A stretch of DNA of 64,000 bases from Candidatus Sungiibacteriota bacterium (GTDB lineage Bacteria; Patescibacteriota; Minisyncoccia; Sungbacterales; HO2-52-23), in the NCBI GenBank assembly GCA_016432465.1, contig CP066690.1, forward strand, positions 317,538-381,537, in the 5' to 3' direction. Positions 40,394-50,252 of this stretch are shown here, piece by piece. Position numbers and translations under genes: made by a program. How positions within the stretch are numbered: position 1 is the first letter of the stretch; each line of letters begins with the position of its first letter. A model generated the notes under the pieces. It saw only the letters and a list, made by a program, of their open reading frames with translations. It had not been told where the DNA came from and did no database searches.

Positions 40394-40882
40394 TTAACGC
40401 GGCAAGCTTTCTTGTAATTTTCTCCTCACAAAATACACAAATTGTTTGATGCCCCAGCCAACTCGCAGATATTTCCCGCGTCTATCAAATATCTCAAACC
40501 TTATTGCATCACCATTCTTTTTTATTGCTTTCAGAAAGGCATCTCTGTATCTACCAACATTTAACCAAACCAGCACAAGGTCGTATTTTGAAAATTTCCA
40601 CATTCCTTTTACCACTGCATCAGTTAATTCTTCTTGGGTTATTTTTGAATCGTTGGGATAAATATCGTAGCCCTTAACTACTTCCATTTCGCTCTCGCGA
40701 ACTATCGCATCATGTCCCAGTTCTACCGCGATACAATCCATCGCGGCGTATTCAAAGTCGGCAAGATGCGGGAGTGAAGCAAGAGACTTCTTTACCATTT
40801 TCCAGTTTTGTCCCAAATTATAGTTTCCGTGAAATGCACCAGGGTTGCACGGCAAAAGAATACACACTTTTTGACGCGACAT
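40394..40882 (-). CDS. hypothetical protein (weak DUF5591/ArcS-like)
   Basis: ILLPC...IVRESE...YD spacing. Confidence 0.5.
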   Translation of the reverse strand: MSRQKVCILLPCNPGAFHGNYNLGQNWKMVKKSLASLPHLADFEYAAMDCIAVELGHDAIVRESEMEVVKGYDIYPNDSKITQEELTDAVVKGMWKFSKYDLVLVWLNVGRYRDAFLKAIKKNGDAIRFEIFDRRGKYLRVGWGIKQFVYFVRRKLQESLPR

Positions 40883-41094
40883 TCTTTGTCTTCCTATTTA
40901 GTAAAGGTTCTAAAAGAATCTGTATCATAAAAAAATAGGCGCGGCAAATGCTTGTTTCATGCCCTCAAAACAGGTTCTCCGCCTTCGTCGAGTCTGACTC
41001 GACTTCGGCGGACAAGTAACATCATACACTAACATGCTAGTCAGTAGAAAGTTCTCCGAAAGAAAATGGAAAATGGGCGATTACTCGCCCAATC

Positions 41095-41709
41095 TTATGC
41101 CCCGCGAGGAGAAAGCATACCGTGTTTTCCGCACTCCAAACAATCAAATGTGATTTTAACAGGTGAGCGGCGTAAATTTGTAGCGAATGCACTCTTTTTG
41201 CAATGAGAACAACGCACAGACACAACACCAACCTCTTCTAACGCCTCGGCAACAATTCGCAGAGGAACATTGTAAGTTCTGACAGCACCGTGCGGTGGTT
41301 TGAACGGCACTGGTTCTACAAACCGCTTCAAATTCTTGAACTCATACCGATAGTCGGCGGCACCGGTACCGATGTAGTCGCCGTTGCCAAATTCTCTATC
41401 AATCTGGTCTCGCTCATCTTCGGTAAGTTCTCGTACGGGCAGAAGTTCTCCAACGCCAACCAATACCATTCTTGGTGTGGTGTGCACTTCATCTTCAAGC
41501 CCGTGTGCCCCAACCACATCCCAAGCAGTGCTGGTTGAAGTATAAAGCAGCGTCAGGCCGGTATGCTTCCATCGCCAAGTTCTTGTTTTGGCAGAGAGTT
41601 TTCCGTTAAGGAGCAACTCGTTGTAAGGAAAATGGTTAGGAAGTGCAGGAATGGTCTTTTGGGCCATTGGATGCTCCTTAAGATAGTGTTCCGAGGTCAT
41701 TCGTATCAT
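41095..41709 (-). CDS. ASCH-domain protein with C-terminal zinc ribbon
   Basis: PYNELLLNGK..KTRTW, LVGVGEL, FVEPVP; CSHC...CLEC. Confidence 0.65.
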   Translation of the reverse strand: MIRMTSEHYLKEHPMAQKTIPALPNHFPYNELLLNGKLSAKTRTWRWKHTGLTLLYTSTSTAWDVVGAHGLEDEVHTTPRMVLVGVGELLPVRELTEDERDQIDREFGNGDYIGTGAADYRYEFKNLKRFVEPVPFKPPHGAVRTYNVPLRIVAEALEEVGVVSVRCSHCKKSAFATNLRRSPVKITFDCLECGKHGMLSPRGA

Positions 41710-41903
41710 ACTCCTGTTGGAATGGCAAGTAGGTGGTTGTTTCTGATAAAACAGGTCCCGCCTCGCTCACTTTGTGAGCGGGCGAGGCTCGCCTCGTCCC
41801 AGCTTTGCTGGGCGGGCGGCCCGCTTTTCAACAGGGGATTGCAAAAGTAGCATGGAAGTGCTACTTTTGTTTTTGGGACATTCAAAAAAAGAAAGGGGAT
41901 AAA

Positions 41904-42278
41904 ATGGACATTAGCCAAACCATATTGTTGGAGATGGGTATGAAGACTCTTCAACGGTCAATCCCAGAAGATGAACGCTGCCCAAGTTGTAAGGGGCGGG
42001 GTCAACTTCGTGTTGGTTGCGCATTATCACACGCGATATATAACACTTGTTATGTTTGCTTTGGAGGGGGCAGAGCAAAAGCATATCTAATCGGTGAAAG
42101 GTACAATGCAAAAGAAAAAGTAAAGCGGATAGAGTTATGTCCATCATGTAAACAGCACGCCAATTCTCTAAATATAAATAGGAATAAAAAACTAAACTCA
42201 AATGACTACCATTGCAAAAAAGGACACGGTTGGAGATTGAACAGAAACACAATGGTGATTGAAGAAATACCTGCATAA
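41904..42278 (+). CDS. DnaJ-type CxxCxGxG zinc-finger protein
   Basis: CPSCKGRG, CYVCFGGG, CPSC..C..GH. Confidence 0.6.
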   Translation: MDISQTILLEMGMKTLQRSIPEDERCPSCKGRGQLRVGCALSHAIYNTCYVCFGGGRAKAYLIGERYNAKEKVKRIELCPSCKQHANSLNINRNKKLNSNDYHCKKGHGWRLNRNTMVIEEIPA

Positions 42279-42430
42279 AGTATTAACTGCCTGGTCAACC
42301 AGGCTTTTAACTTATCCAAAACTCGGCATAAAATAGTTTTTAAGCAAACAAAGACAACCCCGTAGGGTTGTTTTGTTTTTGGGAGTTTTTTGCCAGATAC
42401 CTCCTCTCTTGTGTGATTAATGGTTAACTG

Positions 42431-42751
42431 CTAGAAGTTCTCGAAGACCGTGCCGACGGGATTGAGGACAAAAGCATCGCCCTCTCCTCCAACCACTACA
42501 GCCCAGGCCCTTCCTCTGTCAAACTCATCACCCTTCTTCTCGTCAAGGAGTGAGAATTCAACATAGGAGTTTCCGCCGTCCTCTTCGCAGAGGAAACAGG
42601 AGCGGTCAAGCTGCCCGAGGAGTGTATTCCGGGTATCCTCCTCGTCTACACGATCTCCTCGTACTTTTACGTCCACGTGACCGTGCGGAATATTTCCGTC
42701 CGGCCATCCGTGGCAGTACAACTCTGCCCTGATGAGTATCATCGTGCTCAC
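42431..42751 (-). CDS. hypothetical protein
   Basis: AAGGAG RBS before GTG start. Confidence 0.6.
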   Translation of the reverse strand: MSTMILIRAELYCHGWPDGNIPHGHVDVKVRGDRVDEEDTRNTLLGQLDRSCFLCEEDGGNSYVEFSLLDEKKGDEFDRGRAWAVVVGGEGDAFVLNPVGTVFENF

Positions 42752-42877
42752 CTCCTTTCTTAGTATTATTATATCATTTTTAATAAGTTATGTCAAATAA
42801 AACTGAGCACCAAACTCATTTCTTTGAAATGAGTGGGTCGCTCCAAGATTAATTCGTTTCAAACTGCGATAGTAAAA

Positions 42878-43150
42878 TCACTTCACCGCAGCTTTTAATG
42901 CCTTTCCCGCTCTGAATTTCGGGGTTACCGTCTCGGCAATCTGGATTTTCTGGCCAGTGCGAGGGTTCACGCCTGCTCGCGCAGTCCTTTTCTTCACGAA
43001 AAATAGCCCAAATCCGGAGACCAAAACCTCTTCGCCCTTTCCAAGGGCCTGCATAATAGTATCAAAAACCGTATCTACTGCATCTTCGGCTGTTTTTTTA
43101 CTGCCGCTTATTTTAGCGTGGACTGCGTCTACCAAACCCATTTTATTCAT
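42878..43150 (-). CDS. hup: DNA-binding protein HU
   Basis: MNKMGLV, GFGLF, ARAGVNPRTG, PKFRAGKALK. Confidence 0.96.
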   Translation of the reverse strand: MNKMGLVDAVHAKISGSKKTAEDAVDTVFDTIMQALGKGEEVLVSGFGLFFVKKRTARAGVNPRTGQKIQIAETVTPKFRAGKALKAAVK

Positions 43151-43398
43151 AAATTTTATAAAAAGTTAGACCATGACCTTTGTTTTAATTATAACAAAAA
43201 CTGACCTATCTATAAACCCCCCCCACTTTCCCAGCGGGTATTGGACCCCGCGGGAAGGACTTCTACGGCGCCCATTCATCCCCGCAGCAATGGAAGTCTG
43301 ACTTCCTAAACTGCAGGGTATTCTGGGAAGGTGGGGGGATAAATTTTTTCTCTGTGGATATCTTTTACCAACGACCAGTGTTATAATAATTGTGTATA

Positions 43399-43683
43399 AT
43401 GCCCGAAAATAAGGCGCCAAACTATATTATTATAGCGATTGTGGTCATTACTATCGCTGTTTTGGGTTTTCTGGTATGGCGCTCAAAACAAACCGCTAAA
43501 AAAGCCGGACCCGAAGAGCAAAAACCATCAATGCAGCAAGTACTGGAAAATCTTACTGCCCCAAACACTGTACCAGCCATACCGGATAGGGGAGTCTTAC
43601 AATCTATTTCTGCTCCCAAAAAATCTACTCCCGCCAAAATTGATCCAAAAATTATTAATTCATTAACAGCACCCGCTAAGTAG
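43399..43683 (+). CDS. hypothetical single-TM protein
   Basis: N-terminal TM; LTAP repeats. Confidence 0.55.
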   Translation: MPENKAPNYIIIAIVVITIAVLGFLVWRSKQTAKKAGPEEQKPSMQQVLENLTAPNTVPAIPDRGVLQSISAPKKSTPAKIDPKIINSLTAPAK

Positions 43684-43757
43684 CTAATAGCGGATGGCCA
43701 ATGGCCAATAGTGGATATATTTGCCATCAGCTGTCTGTCATTAGCTTAATAAAGACC

Positions 43758-44411
43758 ATGTCTCATTTCAAACACCCATCCACTATTGTCGCCTTTATTT
43801 TGGGGGCACTAATTTTTACAGCGCCGTTGGTGTTTTCCTTTACCGAACCAGGCTCGTCTCCACCCGGCGGAAATGTGCCGGCGCCGTTAAACATAGGCCC
43901 AACAGGCCAGTCCAAGACTGGTGGGCTTATATTAAATACCGGAGGCGCAGCCAACGGCCTTATTATTGATCAAGGAAACGTCGGAATCGGAACTTCCGGT
44001 CCCGGCTACAAACTTCATGTAAAAGGGGGGAACTTTAACGTAGAAAATGGGAAAGTCTTTCAGGGGGGCTCCGAACTTTTACCAGCCGGAGCAGTGCTTT
44101 ATTTTAACCTAACCTCCTGTCCCGGCGGATGGTCTGAACTCACGGCTGCTCGCGGTAGATATATTGTCGGACTTCAACAGGGTGGTTCTCTGGGGACAAC
44201 CGTAGGAACAGCTCTTTCCAACCAAGAAAACCGCGCCACAGGAAAGCATAATCACCAATTAGGGGGCCTTTGGGTAAATCAGGGCAATGGAAACAATCCG
44301 GCAGGCACTGCCAATCCAGAACGATGGGCCCCTTATGAAACTGGTTATGCGGGGGACGTGGATGGAACAAATGCTCCGTATATTCAACTTTTGGCCTGTC
44401 AGAAAAATTAG
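43758..44411 (+). CDS. secreted fibre-like protein with a tail-collar-like C-domain
   Basis: FTEPGSSPPGGNVPAPLN, GNVGIGT, PAGAVLYF..CPGGW..GRYIVG, PYIQLLACQK. Confidence 0.65.
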   Translation: MSHFKHPSTIVAFILGALIFTAPLVFSFTEPGSSPPGGNVPAPLNIGPTGQSKTGGLILNTGGAANGLIIDQGNVGIGTSGPGYKLHVKGGNFNVENGKVFQGGSELLPAGAVLYFNLTSCPGGWSELTAARGRYIVGLQQGGSLGTTVGTALSNQENRATGKHNHQLGGLWVNQGNGNNPAGTANPERWAPYETGYAGDVDGTNAPYIQLLACQKN

Positions 44412-44452
44412 CTCGCAGTTGCGGTTCCCTAGGCTATTTCAATACAGCACAA

Positions 44453-45322
44453 ATGAAACTACGATTTCACCAACGTATATTTCTTATCGGAATCTTCCTG
44501 ACCTTAGGAGTAGCTGGTATTTTAATTGTCAAAAATTCTGCCGCCAGCGCCAGCGTCTCCGACAACCTATCCGGTTGGGCTTGGAGTGAAAACATCGGCT
44601 GGATTAGTTTTAATTGCTCCAACTCGGGCTCCTGCGGCTCTTCCAATTACGGAGTAAACGTAAAAAATAACGGAGACCTTGAAGGATATGCTTGGTCTGA
44701 AAATATCGGCTGGATAAGTTTTGAGAAGAATGATGTCAAAAACTGCCCCTCTACTCCGTGTAATCCAAAATTCAATAAGGGTCCGGTAACAGTGGAAGGC
44801 TGGGCCAAGGCTCTGGCTGCCGACAACAACGGCTGGGACGGGTGGATTCACCTGAGGGGTTCTAATTATGGAGTTACGGCTAGCGGCTGCAGCTGGGACG
44901 GATATGCGTGGGGCTCTGATGTTTTGGGCTGGATTCATTTCAAAGGAGCAAACTACGGGGTTACGGGTTCGGGAGACGCCTGCGCAGTTGTCTGCAATGA
45001 CACAGTTGATAACGACGGTGATGGTTTTATAGACTATCCTGCTGACGTAGGTTGCTCTTCAACTACTGATATGGATGAGAGAAATCAGTGCACTGATGGT
45101 TTAGACAATGATGCTGATGGAAAAATTGATTTCCCGGCTGATTCCGGATGTACCAGTGCTCAAGATAACGATGAGCTGGACGTAACTCAATGTTCTGACG
45201 GCATTGATAATGACGCTGATGGCAAAATAGACTATCCCAACGATATTGGCTGCGCAACAGTCTCGGACAACGACGAGACAGACCCTCCGGAGCCATTTTT
45301 CAAAGAGGTTCCTCCTGAATAG
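44453..45322 (+). CDS. surface protein with GWAWSENIGWISF repeats and CxDGxDNDxDG repeats
   Basis: repeats visible in translation; ends PFFKEVPPE. Confidence 0.75.
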   Translation: MKLRFHQRIFLIGIFLTLGVAGILIVKNSAASASVSDNLSGWAWSENIGWISFNCSNSGSCGSSNYGVNVKNNGDLEGYAWSENIGWISFEKNDVKNCPSTPCNPKFNKGPVTVEGWAKALAADNNGWDGWIHLRGSNYGVTASGCSWDGYAWGSDVLGWIHFKGANYGVTGSGDACAVVCNDTVDNDGDGFIDYPADVGCSSTTDMDERNQCTDGLDNDADGKIDFPADSGCTSAQDNDELDVTQCSDGIDNDADGKIDYPNDIGCATVSDNDETDPPEPFFKEVPPE

Positions 45323-45458
45323 ACAAAAAGGAAAGAGTAGACAAAATAAGCCATTCCACGGCAATATAATGCCGTGGAATTGCTTTTTGTGTAAAATGGG
45401 TGTATAATATAGATATAAAGACGGAGGCAAAGAAACCCTAAAACGGAGGAAAGAAAAA

Positions 45459-45974
45459 ATGAAGATAGCCGTACTTTTGGGGTTGCTTATTTTCGGAGCC
45501 TTTCAAGAGACACCCGTACCTTTTGTCAACGCCGGCCTTGAGCTCAAGGCCGCGCTCCCAACACACCCCACCATCAGTAATGTCGCCGCATGGCAGAGCG
45601 GCGAAGACATCAACGTCCGATTTGAGTATGCCGACCTCGCCGGCGGGATGGGCCAAGCCGAGTTTTGGGTACAGTGTTTCCAGGTCTGGCAACAAAAAGG
45701 CCTGGAGACACAAACGGTCTGGCCGCTCCTTAGGTTTGTCCTGCCCCAAGATCCACGCCACGACGCTGAACCCAACGGGACGTTTGCGGCCTCCATTCCT
45801 CTCTACTACATCACCCCCAGAGGCGGGTGGACAGGAGAGAGGTTGCGCTGCCGATTCTTCATCTACGGCGCGCGACAGGAGGTCGCTACAAGCGCCAACA
45901 GCAGTCAAACCGTCAGGAACTCCAGCAATATTCTGGAGATAGAACTGACGCCAACGCGGCAGCGTGAGGCATGA
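45459..45974 (+). CDS. hypothetical secreted protein
   Basis: signal peptide, GGAGG RBS. Confidence 0.55.
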   Translation: MKIAVLLGLLIFGAFQETPVPFVNAGLELKAALPTHPTISNVAAWQSGEDINVRFEYADLAGGMGQAEFWVQCFQVWQQKGLETQTVWPLLRFVLPQDPRHDAEPNGTFAASIPLYYITPRGGWTGERLRCRFFIYGARQEVATSANSSQTVRNSSNILEIELTPTRQREA

Positions 45975-46123
45975 CACGTCCTAGATAGACCGAACAGTAG
46001 TTCAGAGCAGGGTAACCACCCCCTGCTCGTTCCTTTTTGTTAGAGACCATGTTTGTAGACTTAGTAGTCTACAACAAAACCACACTGGGCAAAGATTAAA
46101 AGCCGTGGTTTAATGAAAGCATC

Positions 46124-47617
46124 ATGACTTTTGTAAATAAAAAGACGTTACTGGTTCTACTAATTTTAGTGGTGTTGGTAGTATTCATCTATCCGCATCC
46201 GGCTGACGCTTTTTTCCATAAAAGTTTCTTCAAGTTTTTAAAAAAATTGCTTCCAATAATCATTATTGTTGCGGCGGCTGTTGTAGGCGGCATGGCGGTA
46301 TCGGGTATTATCCTTGTTAAGGCTATTGGCACGACAAGTCTTTTGATCGTAGGGACAGCAGTAGCCGTAACCTCGGTGCTGGGTTTGGACTGCGTTCTGC
46401 CCAATGTTGGTACTGACCCCAACTTTGTATGTAAGGGCACCACCGCCGCGCAAAGTTTTCTCGGTGGAGACAGAATTCTTGGATGCGATCCCTCGGCTGG
46501 GAGTACGCTTGGGGTAGATGTCAAAGCAAAAAGTGAAGATGGTCCAGTTGCGCTCACGGAACCGGCATTCTATAACGTGGCCTGGTGCATTAACGGAGTA
46601 AAAGCAGGGTCTATTCAGGATGAAGAAGGTACGGGAAAACAATATGTTGCCTTTGACAATGAAGGTAACAACGCAGTGCTCAGTGAGTGCGGTTGGGGCG
46701 GAAATAGATTTAGCGGAAGAGTGACGTCTTTTTCAGATTTTAATCAGGAACTGGGTGATTCCATAGATAAAGGCGGCGGTAAAAGAGAATACCAGGGAAT
46801 GAAAGTTGGAACATATACCTACACTGTCAACTGCACCCAACCCAAAACCGAAAGCGTGGACCTTGGCGAGGGTCGCATACGAGAATACGTGGTTGGCATT
46901 GAATCTTCTTCAGATACGGTTGTGGTAATAGTAAATCCAAAACAGACTGGCGGAGGCAGTACCGGAGGAGGACAGACAGGCGGCGGACAAACCGGAGGCG
47001 GACAAACTGGGGGTGGGCAACAACAGCAACAACAGCAGCAACAGCAGCAGCAAACACAACCTCAAGCCGGAACCCAATGCAATCCTCCTCGTTGGAATGA
47101 TATAAGAGTGGATGCGTGTCTGGACGAGGAAGGTGGTAAGGCAAACTGTGACAAAAAACAAGAGGCAGCCAATGGATGGTGCAGTATTGCTTGTGGGGGA
47201 GGAGAGGCATTGGGTTTTAACACTTTCTGGGACGATACTGGCCCCGGTACAAAATACGTACCCACTGGCAGAGTATGCCCAACCTGTAATTTCTACTTCA
47301 CCAGTGTTTCTTGCGGCAGACGCGAAGCGACCAAACCGCCACCGCCAGCCCCTGCGGCCATTATGAATTTCCTTGCTGCGCCAAAATCTATTAACCCCGG
47401 AGAATCCACAACTTTGTCTTGGTCTTCAATAAATGCGACTTCCTGCAATATAGATCAAGGAATCGGCCCTGTTGATACCAGAGGTTCTCGCTCTGTAAAC
47501 CCAACCAAAAGTACCACCTATACTCTGACCTGCTCCGGAGAAGGGGGCTCGCATTCTGCCAGCGTTACGGTTGATGTTTCCAAAATACCATTTCAAAAAG
47601 AAGTAGTGCCGGAATGA
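46124..47617 (+). CDS. Cys-rich surface protein with Ig/PKD-like C-domain (paralog 1)
   Basis: N-terminal TMs, GGGQT repeats, polyQ, STTYTLTCSG; ends IPFQKEVVPE. Confidence 0.75.
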   Translation: MTFVNKKTLLVLLILVVLVVFIYPHPADAFFHKSFFKFLKKLLPIIIIVAAAVVGGMAVSGIILVKAIGTTSLLIVGTAVAVTSVLGLDCVLPNVGTDPNFVCKGTTAAQSFLGGDRILGCDPSAGSTLGVDVKAKSEDGPVALTEPAFYNVAWCINGVKAGSIQDEEGTGKQYVAFDNEGNNAVLSECGWGGNRFSGRVTSFSDFNQELGDSIDKGGGKREYQGMKVGTYTYTVNCTQPKTESVDLGEGRIREYVVGIESSSDTVVVIVNPKQTGGGSTGGGQTGGGQTGGGQTGGGQQQQQQQQQQQQTQPQAGTQCNPPRWNDIRVDACLDEEGGKANCDKKQEAANGWCSIACGGGEALGFNTFWDDTGPGTKYVPTGRVCPTCNFYFTSVSCGRREATKPPPPAPAAIMNFLAAPKSINPGESTTLSWSSINATSCNIDQGIGPVDTRGSRSVNPTKSTTYTLTCSGEGGSHSASVTVDVSKIPFQKEVVPE

Positions 47618-47694
47618 AGCTCCGACCAGCAAGCTGGTCGGTATTTGGCGAAGGAGAAGTTAAGTTCTAAAAAGTCCCGACCAGTCGGGGCTTT

Positions 47695-49182
47695 TTAGAA
47701 CTTAACTTCTCCTATCAAAACATTAAATTGATTGGCAAAACCAATACTTTCTATGCTGCCATCGGGTGTAAAAATACCCGCAATATCGCGCCTTCCGCTC
47801 ACAATAATCGGGACCCGCAGCCATACTGCCTCAATTCTGCGAAGATTATTTGTTAATGCCAGATAATTTTCTATTCCCAGCGGCACCCAAAGATTGCTTG
47901 AAGTATTTATAATAATATTTGCGCCGCCCCGAACCGCGCGCCGAAGCCGGGTGGGGTCATGAATCTCAAGACAAATAGGAGAGGCAATTTTGAGATTATC
48001 AAACAAAACCGTACCGCCCTTGCCAAAGGAAAATGAGTACTCGGGGTGAAACACGACGTTGTCGCCGTAGCGCGCCGCATTGGCTTGAGACCCCTTCAGA
48101 AACCAACCAAAATAAAACGGTCGCCATGTCCCAAATGGCCAGTACTCGCCGCCTATGGCCAGACTCCGTTTGTGATAAACCGCCTCCAGCTCGCCAGAAG
48201 GAGAAAAAAAGAGGTTTGAGTTATACTTCTTTCCCTGTTCAATTGTGGTTAGATTGGCAACCACGCGCGTCCCTGCCGAGCGCGCCAGCGCGCGATAGGA
48301 CTGGATCAAGCCTCCGTTATTTGTGATATTAAACTTTTGCAATGCTTCCTTATCAACGTCGTTGGTAACATTCACGTCAACAAGCGCCTCCGGCAGCGCC
48401 ACCAAGTCAACTTGACGCGCTGAAAGTTTTTCTTTAAGCGGCGCGAGAAACGCCTCAATGCGCGCGAGAAACTCTGCCTGCTTTTCCGGCGTGATCTCTA
48501 TGTTCCGTAACCCGTCAAATTCAGTGCCCAAGGGGTTTGTAGAAATAGCGGCAATACGAAAACTTCGGGGTAGAACTTCGTAGGCCTTGAGGCGGCTTGC
48601 AAGGGTCGCCGAAGAAATCTGCCATCCCAGCAGCAAAAAACCCACTGCCAGTAAAATAGGAATTAGGGGGCGTGAATGCCGCCGGTAGTAACCGAGGAAA
48701 ATCAACCAATTCACAAGTATCACAAAAAAACCCATACCCAAAAACCCTCCCCACCGCGCCAGACCCAAAAACGGACCTTGGCCCAAAATCGCCCCGGAAT
48801 TTATGGCAAATGAAGGGAAAAACCCACTTGCGGAAGCAAGATAGTCAAAAACGGCCCAAAATAGGGGCAAAGAAAAAATCGCCGCGCGTTCTCCCAAAAA
48901 ACGCCGCGCAACAAAAAATGCCACGGGAAAACCAAGAAATACAATGATGGGTATGCCAAAAACAACCGGGTCAAAAATAAAATAAACCGCACCCAAAGCA
49001 AAAAGGAACCGGTATATCAATGTCCCAAAAATCAGACGCCACAGCCGCCCCTCTTTTAAATAAAAAACAAAAAGTGGCACGGCAAACAAAAACCCCAACC
49101 ACCAGAAATTATACGGCGGCAGAGAAAAAATCTGCAGCGCCGCCGATACTACCACTAAAATAATCCACAGGCGTGCTTTCAT
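47695..49182 (-). CDS. lnt: apolipoprotein N-acyltransferase (Lnt)-like
   Basis: N-terminal TM bundle; nitrilase triad LPEA / YHKRSL..GEY / ICLE. Confidence 0.8.
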   Translation of the reverse strand: MKARLWIILVVVSAALQIFSLPPYNFWWLGFLFAVPLFVFYLKEGRLWRLIFGTLIYRFLFALGAVYFIFDPVVFGIPIIVFLGFPVAFFVARRFLGERAAIFSLPLFWAVFDYLASASGFFPSFAINSGAILGQGPFLGLARWGGFLGMGFFVILVNWLIFLGYYRRHSRPLIPILLAVGFLLLGWQISSATLASRLKAYEVLPRSFRIAAISTNPLGTEFDGLRNIEITPEKQAEFLARIEAFLAPLKEKLSARQVDLVALPEALVDVNVTNDVDKEALQKFNITNNGGLIQSYRALARSAGTRVVANLTTIEQGKKYNSNLFFSPSGELEAVYHKRSLAIGGEYWPFGTWRPFYFGWFLKGSQANAARYGDNVVFHPEYSFSFGKGGTVLFDNLKIASPICLEIHDPTRLRRAVRGGANIIINTSSNLWVPLGIENYLALTNNLRRIEAVWLRVPIIVSGRRDIAGIFTPDGSIESIGFANQFNVLIGEVKF

Positions 49183-49211
49183 CTTTTCTTTTAGTATACT
49201 ACGATTAAAAA

Positions 49212-49661
49212 ATGGAACCGACTCCTCCTATAATAAAAATCATATTTAAGATTTTGGCGCTTGCTATACTCATAGTCGCTGCGCTTTCTTTTATCGGCCT
49301 ATGGCTTCAGGTATTTTCCGCCAGAGCCGACTTTTGGTATATAATCCGTGCCGCAACTTTAGTTCTTCTTAACCTTGTGGGGTTTTACGGATTTTGGAAT
49401 ATGCGGACTTGGCTTGTGTCCATCCTTCTCCTAAACCTTATCAACATGGCGGTAAGCCAAGCCCTTGGCCTCGGCTCCTTCTCAACAGTAACTCTTTTGG
49501 TGGTGGTAGGCATTTTTGTCTTGGTGGCGCTGCTCCGCAGACACCTTAGCGGAAGGTACGAAGAGCCCCTGCCGCTTATTCTTTTTATCGGAGGCGCTCT
49601 CTTGAGCCATATCGCGGCTCGCTTTATAACCTCTGGTGCTGTTGACTTTTTCGTGAAATAG
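49212..49661 (+). CDS. hypothetical membrane protein
   Basis: 4-5 TM segments. Confidence 0.6.
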   Translation: MEPTPPIIKIIFKILALAILIVAALSFIGLWLQVFSARADFWYIIRAATLVLLNLVGFYGFWNMRTWLVSILLLNLINMAVSQALGLGSFSTVTLLVVVGIFVLVALLRRHLSGRYEEPLPLILFIGGALLSHIAARFITSGAVDFFVK

Positions 49662-49720
49662 GGGTATAATTAGAGTATAGTAAACCCCAAAAAGCCAGAA
49701 AACCAGAAAAGGAGGCAGAA

Positions 49721-50206
49721 ATGAAAAACAGGGGGTTCGCTCTTTTCACACTAGTTGCGGTGGCCCTCGTTTTTGGGGGCTGCGCAGTCGTCAATACCAG
49801 CGTAAGACCGAGTGCCCCGTTCCTCAACATCGACGGCTTCAATGCCGTCGAAATCAAGGGCAAGATCACGGACAAACAACGGGTCGAGGAGCTGAAGAAG
49901 TTCCTCGACGCCAAGATTGGGGGACTGGGCGAAGGGTCTGCTTCCCTCCTCATAGATTTCACCGTCTATGATGAGGGGGACGACCTCACACGCAGGATGC
50001 TTGGCTTTGGGGCGGGGAAGGTCCGCTTCGGAGCACAGGTGTCGATTCTGAAGAACGGACAGGCCGTATTTACGTGGCCTGTCTGGATAGATTCCAGCAT
50101 CACCGCTCACATCACGGTGGGCGGAATGCTGGAGAGGTTCGCCGAGAAGGTTGCGGCGGACCTTGCATCCATTCTTCGTAAGACCCCCCAGCCCTCAACG
50201 GGTTAG
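49721..50206 (+). CDS. putative lipoprotein (DUF4410-like)
   Basis: signal peptide ending VFGG-C; YDEGDDLTRRMLGFGAG. Confidence 0.65.
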   Translation: MKNRGFALFTLVAVALVFGGCAVVNTSVRPSAPFLNIDGFNAVEIKGKITDKQRVEELKKFLDAKIGGLGEGSASLLIDFTVYDEGDDLTRRMLGFGAGKVRFGAQVSILKNGQAVFTWPVWIDSSITAHITVGGMLERFAEKVAADLASILRKTPQPSTG

Positions 50207-50252
50207 GGGGTTTTATATTGTTTTAGTACTAAGAAAACATTATTATAAATTT

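Noticed and set aside
38600-42760. Prophage or integron
   Set aside because: No integrase, structural genes or recognisable attC sites; mixed orientations fit an accessory islet.
46948-47052. GGGQT and CAG/CAA repeats as an array
   Set aside because: Low-complexity protein linker.
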